From: Octopus sinensis
Lineage: Eukaryota
Length of the DNA: 21,237 bases
Direction of reading: 5' to 3'
Assembly: GCF_006345805.1 (NCBI RefSeq)
Contig: NW_021823993.1
Coordinates: 1 to 21,237, forward strand
Shown here: positions 1 through 9,381 of the stretch, in pieces
Numbering within the stretch: the stretch's first letter is position 1
Layout of the letters: every line of letters begins with the position of its first letter
The notes under the pieces: model-generated
Database searches by the model: none
What the model saw: the letters and a program-made list of their open reading frames with translations, nothing else
What the model was told of the DNA's origin: nothing
Position numbers and translations under genes: made by a program

Positions 1-144
1 ATGTATAATATAAATTGGACATGGGCGATCGTTGCATTCTTTCTTGTCTTGAGGTTCACAGCCAAACGGCTGGGTGGATTCGCATGAAAAATGGCACACA
101 TGTGGAGACGGGTGCATAGGTTGGAATGCGGTTTGTAATTTTTT
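1..144 (+). mobile_element. Probable 5' fragment of a non-autonomous Helitron-like element
   Basis: CCAAACGGCTGGGTGGATTCGCATGAAAAATGGCACACA (62-100) matches the ACGGCT..GATT..ATGAAA.TTG.CACACA motif in the complete Helitron at ~15552-15590. No 3' CTAG end is seen. Confidence 0.4.
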
Positions 145-1005
145 CCGTGGCTCTTCAGTACGACCGTTCTAATTCAATATAATTTGCAGAACTATACACG
201 AGTTGTCCTCATAAAATTTAGCGCGCCAGAGCTGAGACATTTGAAAATAATCCCACTGTAAACGGTAGAACTGTACACACGTCTTTTTACGTTTTTACGT
301 AAGTAAAGTAGTTAATGACGAAACCGGTCTACGATTAATTCTTTATTTTGTATGTTTTTATTTGTCTTACCCGCTTAGGTTCTGGTCTTTGCTGAATTTT
401 TCTAGAGAAAATTCTTTTCTTTGTGGTTAGATCGTAGGTTATCTATTTCTAGCATATTGGATGTCCACTTAGTGGTCATTGCTTCTTATACTCATGTAAT
501 ACAATTTTTCTGAATTTTCAGATTTTTCTATATGCTAGGTCACTGGTTTTAAATAAATGTTAATTAAATTAATATTCAATTTATCACCCTCATTATTTAA
601 ATTTTAAATAATTATGTTCTCTAACCGGCAATATTCACTGCAGTGAATTATCTTCTGCAGAACTGTTTCCGGGATTTAGCGCGCCAGAGCTGAGACATTT
701 GAAAATAACACCAATGTAATCGGTAGCGCTGTACACACGTCTAATTTTATGAGGACAACTCGTGTATAGTTCTGCAATTTATATTGAATTAGAACGGTCG
801 TACTGAAGAGCCACGGACGTTTTTACGTGAGTAAAATAGTTAATGTCGAAACCGATCTACGATTAATTCTTTATTTTGTATATTTTCATTTGTCTTACCC
901 GCTTATATTCTGGTGTTTGCTGAATTTTTCTAGAGAACATTCTTTTCTTTATGGTTAGATCGCGGGTGATCTATTTCTAGCATATTGGATGTCCACTTAG
1001 TGGTC
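145..1005 (+). repeat. Rearranged tandem duplication (copy 1 = A-B-C, copy 2 = B-A(rc)-C) of a hammerhead-bearing, Penelope pLTR/retrozyme-like unit
   Basis: B 219-284 matches 677-742 (~6 mismatches). C 289-477 matches 817-1005 (~14 mismatches). A 145-218 is the reverse complement of 743-816 (1 mismatch in 74). The duplication is directly visible; the Penelope/retrozyme identity is inferred from the HHR. Confidence 0.85.
786..869 (+). ncRNA. Type I minimal hammerhead ribozyme, mutated at position 16.2
   Basis: Stem I is GTCGTA(797-802)/TACGAT(858-863) plus distal GAATTA(786-791)/TAATTC(864-869) around a 5-nt bulge. CTGAAGA 803-809; stem II GCCA/TGTC; GAAA 848-851; stem III ACCGAT; C17 = 857. 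The paralogous copy has the palindromic ACCGGT (GAAACCGGTC, 320-329). Confidence 0.7.
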
Positions 1006-1018
1006 TCTCTTCTATCGC

Positions 1019-1045
1019 ATTATATATATATATATTATATATATA

Positions 1046-1086
<41 letters not shown>

Positions 1087-1165
1087 TATACATTTATCAT
1101 ATACATATATAGTTGAAATTTACAGAAAAAACAAAGACGAAGAGACCATACGGACATCTGTGTGC

Positions 1166-1210
<45 letters not shown>

Positions 1211-1232
1211 TGTGTGTATGTGTGTGTGTGTG
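1019..1232. repeat. (TA)n and (GT)n microsatellites
   Basis: Direct dinucleotide arrays at ~1019-1100 and ~1165-1232. Confidence 0.95.
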
Positions 1233-1577
1233 TTGCATGTATAAGTGTGTCTAAACTGAATCATACACTCTGCTATACGTACCGAAAATTCTCCGCACGC
1301 CATGCCACGCACAAACACTCCACCCTCTCTTTCTTTGATGTGCAAAGATTGTATTTTTGCGCATTGAATTTCGGCAGATTTCCATTAAGGGATGAATATT
1401 TCAGAAGTAAGTCTTTGACTCTCTGGATCAGAATGGAATACAATGCAATAGACATTTCTTTAATCCTGACACACACTAGAAGAATATTATCGGAAGAATC
1501 GGAAGAACTTCTGTGAAGCTTGGTAGTATTGTAAGTTTGGTGTCTGTGGAATGCAAGTTGTTGATTTAGAGGGGAGC

Positions 1578-1634
1578 TATATACAAACATACATCCATAC
1601 ATACACACGCGCACGTACGCACGCACACATATAT

Positions 1635-1673
<39 letters not shown>

Positions 1674-1704
1674 CATATATATATGTATGTATGTATGTAT
1701 TTAT

Positions 1705-1773
<69 letters not shown>
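1578..1773. repeat. Compound (CA)n/(TA)n/(TATG)n microsatellite
   Basis: Direct inspection. Confidence 0.95.
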
Positions 1774-1775
<2 letters not shown>

Positions 1776-1776
<1 letters not shown>

Positions 1777-2005
1777 TGGAGGCGCGTAGCTTAGTGGTTA
1801 GGGTGTCAGCAACATGATCGAAAGATTGTGGTTTCGATTCCTGGACCGGGTGACGCGTTGTGTTCTTGAGTAAAACACTTCATTTCACGTTGCTCCAGTC
1901 CACTCAGCTGGCAAAAATGAGTAACGCTGGGGAACACATATACTATAGAAACCGGGAAACCGGGCCCATGAGCCTGGCTAGGCTTTAAAAAGGCGCATTT
2001 ATTTT
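1776..2005 (+). mobile_element. tRNA-derived SINE (head 1 + CORE-like body + tail T1) with a 26-nt internal deletion
   Basis: A box TAGCTTAGTGG (1787-1797) and B box GGTTTCGATTCC (1830-1841). The 3' tail GAAACCGGG..ATGAGCCTGGCTAGGCTT is shared with the SINE at 2006-2318. Confidence 0.85.
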
Positions 2006-2318
2006 GTGGAGGCGCAATGGCCCAGAGGTTAGGGCAGCGGACTCGCGGTCGGAGGATCGCGGTTTCGATTCCCAGACCGGGCGTTGTGTGTGTTTTTTAA
2101 GCAAAAAAAACTAAAAGCACCACGAGGCTCCTGCACGGGGTGGTGGCAACTCCTGTTGTACTCTTTCGCCACAACTTTCTCTCACTCTCTCTTCCTGTTT
2201 CTTGAGTAACGCTGCGATGGACTGGCGTACTGTCCAGCTGGGGGGTACATATCCGCCACAGAAGCCGGGAAACCGAGCCCCCCATGAGTCTGGCTAGGCT
2301 TGAAAAGGGCGACGTTTA
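2006..2318 (+). mobile_element. tRNA-derived SINE (head 2 + body 2 + tail T1)
   Basis: A box TGGCCCAGAGG and B box GGTTTCGATTCC. The 5' part is shared with 6153-6342 and the 3' part with 1918-2000. Confidence 0.85.
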
Positions 2319-2427
2319 TATATATATATATATATATACCCCCCCACACCCACGCGGTTATCATTATACATCCCTTGACGTATAAAGTATTTATAGAAAC
2401 CGGTTAATTCTGCCGCCAAGAACGAGT

Positions 2428-2857
2428 CTTTATCTTTTAACCTTTTACCTCTTACTTACTTCAATCATTAGACTGCGGCCATGCTGGGGCACCGCCTTGA
2501 AGAATTTTTAGTTGAATGTTTCGACACTAGGACGTATTTTTTTAAAGTGTGGTACTTATTGTATCGGCCTGTTTGGCCGAACCGTTCGGTTACGGAGACG
2601 TAAACACACCAGCACCGGTTGTCAAGACGTAGTGGTGGTTGGGACAAACACAAACAGAAAGGCACAAATACAAAGACGTATATATACATATACACGACGG
2701 GATTCTTTCAGTTTCCGCTTACCAAATCCACTCACAAGGTTTTAGTCGGCCCGTGGCTATGGTAGAAGACACTTGCTCAAAGTGCCATGCAGTAGGACTG
2801 AACCCGGGACCATGTGGTTGGTAAGCGAGCTTCTTACCACACAGCTACGCCTGCGCC
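2428..2857 (-). mobile_element. Full-length tRNA-derived SINE, family A (CORE-like; resembles octopus OK/OR-type SINEs from memory)
   Basis: The reverse complement begins GGCGCAGGCGTAGCTGTGTGGTAAG..CCGGGTTCAGTCC. It is collinear with 8991-9381, 14721-15162 and 15908-16302 and has an A-rich tail. Confidence 0.9.
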
Positions 2858-2953
2858 TAAATAATTTATTTTTTGTATTAATTTCCAGCTGCAAAAGTAG
2901 TATTGTGTTATAGGATCGAACCCGGAACAGAAGCAGATGTCAGCGAAGGGACA

Positions 2954-3174
2954 TTTATTCTTTTCTACTCTAGGCACAAGGCCTGAAGTTTTGATGGAGG
3001 GGCCCAGTCGATTAGATCGACCCCAGTACGCAAGTGGTACTTAATTTATCGACCCCGAAAGGATGAAAGGCAAAGTCGACCTCGGCGGAATTTGAACTCA
3101 CAACGTAACGGCAGACTAAATACCGCTCAGCATTTCGCCCGGCGTGCTAACGTTTCGGCCAGCTCGACGCCTTA
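2954..3174 (-). mobile_element. tRNA-derived SINE, family B (Meta/MESC-like central domain), tail type 1
   Basis: The rc head AAGGCGTCGAGCTGGCCGAAACGTTAGCAC..GTGAGTTCAAATTCC is followed by GGTCGACTTTGCCTTTCATCCTTTCGGGGTCGATAAATTAAGTACC. Homologous to 3203-3438 and 18291-18480. Confidence 0.88.
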
Positions 3175-3202
3175 AGAGACCTTCATTATCACACATCTAT
3201 AC

Positions 3203-3438
3203 CTATTTCTTTATTACCCACAAGGGGCTAAATATAGAGGGGACAAACAAGGACAGACATAGGTATTAAGTCGATTACATCGACCCCAGTGCATAACTGG
3301 TGCTTAATTTATCGACCCCGAAAGGATGAAAGGCAAAGTCGACCTCGGCGGAATTTGAACTCAGAACGTAACGGCAGACTAAATACCGCCAAGCATTTCG
3401 CCCGACGTGCTAACGTTTCGGCCAGCTCGACGCCTTAA
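3203..3438 (-). mobile_element. tRNA-derived SINE, family B, tail type 2
   Basis: 3303-3467 is ~96% identical to 3040-3204, but the tail (3203-3275) is unrelated to tail type 1. Confidence 0.88.
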
Positions 3439-3487
3439 GGGACCTTCATTATCACACAGCTATACCTGTGTCTATGATTGCTCCATG

Positions 3488-3951
3488 CAGTGTGTGTGTG
3501 TGTGGTGTGGCGTCTGATGGATGTATACACATAATTTTTTCTTTGTTTGTTTGTTTGCTCGTGTGTGTGTGTGTATCTGTGTGTTGGTGTGAAGTGCATT
3601 GACGGGTGTTCGCGGGTTTCGATGAGAGCCTGTATGTGTATAACTTTGTGTGTATATGTGTGTGTGTGTGTGCATGTGTGAGCGCGCATCTTTGTGCGCG
3701 TTGATGTATGCGTGTACATGCGTGTATGTGTTAATGTATGTACGTGTACGTGCGATGTGTGTGCAATATGTGTGATGTTTATGTGTGCGTATCTTTGTGT
3801 GTGAATGTGTATATGCATGAATGTGTGTCCGTGTGTCCGTGTGTGTGCATGTGTGTGTGTGCGTGCGCGCGCCCGTATGAGTATAAGCTATGTATTAATG
3901 TGAATGTGTATGTGCATCTTTGTGTGTGAACGTGGGTGTATATACATACAT

Positions 3952-3983
<32 letters not shown>

Positions 3984-3987
3984 CTAG

Positions 3988-4019
<32 letters not shown>

Positions 4020-4125
4020 ATATGTATATAAATAAATGTTATGTGGTACGATGTGAGTCTATCTTTTCTCTTTGTGTGCGTATATATGTGTATGTAAGTA
4101 TGCGTGTATGTGTGTGTGTGGTATG
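3488..4125. repeat. Degenerate (GT)n/(TA)n microsatellite field
   Basis: Direct inspection; explains the HT/CV/IY-repeat ORFs. Confidence 0.95.
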
Positions 4126-4454
4126 AGGATGCATATCTTTGAACATGAATACGTATGTAGTGTATATGCGCATGTATGAATGGTACATGAAGAATGGAAT
4201 AAGATCTGTGGCAGGAACTACAAAAGCTCGTCTTTTTAAAGAATCCATCATAATCGGTTCTGTGTACCATTATGGTTTAAGTCTGTCAAAGACTTCCAGG
4301 AGATTCTTCAAGGGAAACAAGCAAGCTTACTACTGTTGGCCGCTTTGTACGAATAAAGAATCTCTCAGAATAATAATGGTAAGCACCAGCGTCTTGAGGA
4401 GTTTCTGCTTAATTACCAGCATCTCTTTAGAAATGGTTAAGTACGAATACTTTG

Positions 4455-4506
4455 TACGTGTGTGTGTGCTTGTATAAGTACATATATATACATACACACA
4501 TATACT

Positions 4507-4550
<44 letters not shown>

Positions 4551-5096
4551 TATATACACACACATATATATATATATATGAATGCATATACATATATAAA
4601 TCTATCTCCCTCTCTCCTTCCTCTCCCACACTCTTTCTATTTATATCACTGTGAGCACCCACATTCCTACTTATACACACACTCACACACCCGTAAACGC
4701 ACGTACGCGCTCAAAAGTGTATTGAGACCTTCATAAGTAAACTTCTACAGCAATGTCACTTTCTATCCATCAATTCCTTTCTTTCCTAGATTATATAGAA
4801 TATCTGCAAATATACATACATACATGATACATATATATATTCATACATCTATATATTATATATATATAGATATATATATATATATAGAATATGCATAACA
4901 TACATACACACACACAAAATACATATATATCTCTACTTGTACGCATATTTATATGCATGCATCTAGTGTATTATATATATATATATATAATATATATATA
5001 TAAAATATAGATATATATATATGAATAAATAAATATATATATAATATATATATACACACCGCACATATATATAGATATACTACATATATATTATAC

Positions 5097-5176
<80 letters not shown>

Positions 5177-5190
5177 TATATATATATGTA
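4455..5190. repeat. (TA)n/(CA)n microsatellite field
   Basis: Direct inspection. Confidence 0.9.
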
Positions 5191-5280
5191 TTTATAATTA
5201 TTATTTGAGGGAATAAAATCCAAACTTACAAGGAAAAAAATTCAATTTAGAAATACTAAATCAAATTTCACACAATATAA

Positions 5281-5619
5281 TATATATATAAAAAATTAGA
5301 AAAAGCCCACCTTTTATCAATTCAAAATGAACAATTAAATTACACCATCTAGAAAATTACATATAATAGAAATATTAAAATTAAAATAAAAAAACGTAAA
5401 TGATATGTAAATTGCAAAAAAAAAAAAATAAAAAAACGTATATAATTGTTATTCTATCAATTATATACGTTTTTATTATTTTTTTGCAATTTACTTATTG
5501 ACATTTTTTATTTTTTATTTTAATATTTCTATTATATGTAATTTTCTAGATGGTGTAATTTAATTGTTCATTTTGAATTGATAAAAGGTGTTTTTTTTTT
5601 CTAATTTTTATATATATAT
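5281..5619. repeat. Long inverted repeat (foldback), ~170-bp arms, 9-nt spacer
   Basis: 5308-5380 is the exact reverse complement of 5518-5590 (73 bp). The inner arms ACGTATATAATTG and CAATTATATACGT flank spacer 5449-5457. Confidence 0.95.
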
Positions 5620-5885
5620 TTATATATATCTATATATATTCTTTTATTTGTTTTTCCTCTCAATCCCTTCTGTCGACGACCGTAGGCTCGAAGCGTCAAA
5701 AACCTTTCTCTTCTTCCTGTTCATCAAACTAATACGCCTACTGGTTGTTCCCTCACCTGTTACCGTGTTTTGTTTTCTGTAAATTTCTGTAAATATATAA
5801 CAAAGTAAAGTTGTATGGTACCGCATGAGTGAAAAACTATATATGAAAGAATGTTTGAAAAAACAAAGGTCTTTTAGAAGTGTGT

Positions 5886-5936
5886 ATTGACTTGACCGGT
5901 TTCACTTTTTTAGGAAAACATTATCAAAAGTACAAT
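5886..5936 (-). ncRNA. Type I minimal hammerhead, U3-A8 core variant, weak stem II
   Basis: rc: ATTG-T-ACTT TTGATAA tgttttcctaaaaaagt GAAACCGGTC AAGT-CAAT. Stem I has 8 bp with one bulge; stem III is the palindrome ACCGGT; the triplet is GUC. Confidence 0.55.
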
Positions 5937-6045
5937 GTAAAGCTTTGTATAAGCTTTGTTGTGTTAAAAATGTAGGTACACACAAGACAGAAAATGTCAG
6001 ACAGACAGGTCAGTTATTCCTCTCCAATTATATATGTATATATAT

Positions 6046-6049
<4 letters not shown>

Positions 6050-6134
<85 letters not shown>
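6050..6134. repeat. (ATCT)n tetranucleotide microsatellite
   Basis: About 21 near-perfect units. Confidence 0.97.
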
Positions 6135-6135
<1 letters not shown>

Positions 6136-6152
6136 ATATATATATATATATA

Positions 6153-6436
6153 TGGCGGCGCAATGACACAGTCGTTAGGGCAGTAAACTCGCGGTTGTAG
6201 GATCGCGGTTTCGATTCCCAGACCGTGCGTTGAGAGTGTTTATTGAGCAAAAACACCTAAAGCTCAACGAAGCTGCTGCAGCGGGTGGCAGCGATCCCTG
6301 CTGCACTTTTCGCCACAACTTTCTCTCACTCTTTCTTCTGTTGGCCTGCTCGCTCAGCCAGTGGGATGGCTTCATTTGAAGGCTAAAAAACAATGTGAAG
6401 CGCATTGTGACCAGCAATGTGTAGCAACATCTGATA
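6153..6436 (+). mobile_element. tRNA-derived SINE (head 2 + body 2 + tail T2)
   Basis: B box GGTTTCGATTCC. Collinear with 2006-2199 up to TTCGCCACAACTTTCTCTCACTCT, then a different 3' part. Confidence 0.85.
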
Positions 6437-6984
6437 TTTAAGTTGTTTCCGTCAACTATTTTAACTTACTAAAACCTAAATGTGTGTCCTACATAGTCAA
6501 AGATGAGAGAAATTGAACAAACAGAAAGTGTTTCAGATATACCACAGAAAGAAAATGTATTTGTGTTTAGCTCCTCATTTATCTTTGGTGACAAACATTT
6601 TTGCTTCCGCCTTCGTTTCTTGGAGCGGAAACTCAATGATTCGTGTGTCGAAGCTCTGCATAGCAATCGGTCACGTCGAATGAGATATAATAGCGTCAAG
6701 GACGACAGAATGTACTGAATCAGACGACATTATATCTAAATGGATTACTACTGTTTAATGAGTTGGCGTTAAACACTGTTAAACTCAGAATAAAATTTAT
6801 GAGGGGTTATTTATTTATGAGGCAGCGAGACACACTTCGGCTCCTCAGACTCATCTTAACTGGTTCAGACAAAGAGTATTCTTCACTTAAAAGTGCTCAA
6901 AATGTAATTAAAAATTAAACGGGACTCACGTAACCGTAGTTAGTGACTGATAAATATATACAGATGCAGACGACCGTATGGAAA

Positions 6985-7100
6985 CAGAAGACAAGAAGGA
7001 GACAGCGAAAGAGAAAGAGAAAGAAAAAGGAAGAGAGAGAGAGGGAGAGGGAGAAAATAAAGGAGGAGAAAAAGTGATAGAGGAATAGTAGGAGTAATGC
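6985..7100. repeat. Polypurine (GA-rich) low-complexity tract
   Basis: Direct inspection. Confidence 0.85.
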
Positions 7101-7380
7101 TTGGGTCAGTTGTTTTGTGGTGAGAGTAATGGAAGGAGTGTATAATCGAAGGAGATGCTGTGGAGGCATATCTATTTAGCTATCTGATAATGGTAATATC
7201 GATCTGTTCAGTTGTGTTCAGTGATGCGTAGACAGGGCAAAACGTCTTAGATTCCGCCATCTTGCCGCGATAACCTGTTAACGCCTTTATCACTTCGTTG
7301 CCAGCTACAAGGACAGTTTCGACTGGCGTTTCGTAACTTTGATATCACGCTTCAGTGACTTTGGTACTCTGAGGGAGGAC

Positions 7381-8471
7381 GTGTGTGAGTAGGTGTATGT
7401 GTGTGTGTCTGTATGAGTGTGTTTGTGTGCGTAGTGAGTAGGTATGTGTAGATGCGTGTAGGAGTGAGTCTAGATGTATATATGTGTATGTATTTTTGAG
7501 CGTGTAGTTATATATGTGTGGGTGAACGTGGGTGTTTATTAGAGTATGCTAGTGTGTGCATGTGTGTAAAGGTGTTTGTATGTGTGTGTGTATCTATGTA
7601 TGTGTGTATGTGTGTATGTGTGTATGTGCGTGTGTGTGTGTAGGTATTTATTTACGTTGATATGTGTAGTTGCTTATTAGCGTCTTGTACGTATGTGTCT
7701 TGGCATGTGTATGTGTGTGTGTATATGTGTTCGTGTTCGTGTGAAAGTGTTTATTTCTGCGTGTGTGTGGGTGTGTGTGTGTGCGTGTGTGTGAGTGCAC
7801 GCAATCACGTGTGTATCAATGTATGTGTGTGAGTGTGTCTGTCGGTGGTCATTACTATGTGTGTGTGTGTGTTGATATTTGTATGTGTGTATGTGTGCAG
7901 GTGTATTGCGTGTATAAGTATATAACTAAATGCCCGAGTGTGTGCGTGGTTGTGTGTATGTGTGTGTGTGCGTGTGTATGTGTGCGTATATATGTGTTGC
8001 ATTGATCGAAGTTTGTGTGTGAATATGTAAGTAGATGCTGATGTGTGTTTAGGAGTTTGTGGGTTCATATAACTATGTGTAAGTGTGTGTGTGTGTGTGT
8101 GTGTCTGTGTGTGTGCACGTGTGTGTGTGAAAGGTACCATAATGTATGCTTGTATGTGTCTGTACGTGTATATGTGTGTGTGTATGCTAGGATGTGTATG
8201 TGGACATATATATATAATGCAAGGGAGTGTGCATTTGTGAGTGTGTATATGTGTGTGTCTGTGCATGCAAAAAGTGATAGGTATGAGTGTGTGTATAGCA
8301 GTCTGTTTGTAGAGCTGTATGTGTGCGTGTATGCGTATGTATATCAACAACTGAAAGAAGCCGTTTGTGTATGTATGTGTGTGAGTGTGTATCGGTGATT
8401 TTTCGTCTAAATATTTTGGCACAGTTATGTGATCGGTATTTTAGTATGTAAATAAGTGCGTATATATATAT

Positions 8472-8509
<38 letters not shown>

Positions 8510-8525
8510 TGTATGTATATATAAA
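7381..8525. repeat. Degenerate (GT)n field ending in (TA)n
   Basis: Direct inspection. Confidence 0.9.
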
Positions 8526-8765
8526 TACAAACTGGGACAAGAACGCATAACATTTAGAGACGATACAAAAACAAGGACGGGTCATTCGAAGGCTTCAATC
8601 TTCAGTCAAGAACCGGATCATCCTCGCAATTTCGGCTGATTAATCTGAGATTGCTCCAATCTGGCCAGCCCCAAGGAAAACTAAGCTAAGCTCGCATTAG
8701 ATTCCTTGGAAGAAAGCTTCGATGTATACGAAGCAAGGACGGAAAATGGACGATGTTACACGACT
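8523..8765. mobile_element. Unclassified interspersed repeat fragment, possibly Penelope-derived
   Basis: Complex island between microsatellites. The rc contains CTGAAGA..CTTCGAA, a partial HHR-like box. Recognised only from memory of octopus repeats. Confidence 0.3.
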
Positions 8766-8907
8766 ATGAATACATATTGTATGTATGTATGTATGCTTGT
8801 ATGTATGTATGTATGTATGTATGTATGTTGTATGTATGATGTATGTATGTATGTAGTATTATGTAATGTATATATATATATATATATATACTATATATAT
8901 ATATATA

Positions 8908-8950
<43 letters not shown>

Positions 8951-8990
8951 GTATACACATTAGTCATATATATATATATATATATAAATA

Positions 8991-9381
8991 GGCGTAAGAG
9001 TGGCTGTGTGGTAAGTAGCTTGCTTACCAACCACATGGTTCCGGGTTCAATCCCACTGCGTGGCACCTTGGGCAAGTGTCTACTACTATAGCCTCGGGCC
9101 GACCAAAGCCTTGTGAGTGGATTTGGTAGGCGGAAACTGAAAGAAGCCCGTCGTATATATGTATATATATATGTGTGTGTGCTTGTGTGTCTGTGTTTGT
9201 CCCCCAACATCGCTTGACAACCGATGCTGGTGTGTTTACGTCCCCGTAACTTAGCGGTTCGGTAAAAGAGACTGATAGAATAAGTACTAGGCTTACAAAG
9301 AATAAGTCCTGTGGTCGATTTGCTCGACTAAAGGCGGTGCTCCAGCATGGCCAGAGTCAAATGACTGAAACAAGTAAAGAG
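8991..9381 (+). mobile_element. Full-length family A SINE with TSD-like flanks
   Basis: Head GGCGTAAGAGTGGCTGTGTGGTAAG..CCGGGTTCAATCC and CORE-like CACCTTGGGCAAGTG. The motif ACGTATACACAT(A)TAGTCATATATA occurs on both sides (8949-8972, 9403-9427). Confidence 0.92.

Noticed and set aside
145-1005. CRISPR-like or prokaryotic repeat interpretation of the duplications
   Set aside because: No regularly spaced short repeats with unique spacers, no cas-like ORFs, and a clearly eukaryotic context.
1776-1850. tRNA gene-like A/B boxes here and in the other SINE heads
   Set aside because: No complete cloverleaf or acceptor stem, and each continues into a SINE body.
2370-2410. HHR-like CTTGACG-TATAAAgtaTTTATA-GAAACCGGTT
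   Set aside because: Good stem II and III, but A9 is missing and no stem I partner exists; at most a decayed remnant.
2913-2926. Isolated B-box on the minus strand (CCGGGTTCGATCC)
   Set aside because: No matching A box or recognisable SINE body.
5662-5705. HHR-like CTGTCGACGA..GCTCGAAGCGTC
   Set aside because: Core has an insertion and a GAAA-to-GAAG change, and stem I does not pair.
6469-6718. Overlapping 71-76 aa ORFs in a unique island
   Set aside because: No recognisable domain or convincing splice boundaries; lengths expected by chance.
6820-6860. Minus-strand CTGAGGA-GCC-GAAG..GTC
   Set aside because: No stem II or III geometry; likely chance.
8580-8620. Minus-strand CTGAAGA..CTTCGAAT
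   Set aside because: GAAA is incomplete and no stem I/III partner lies downstream.
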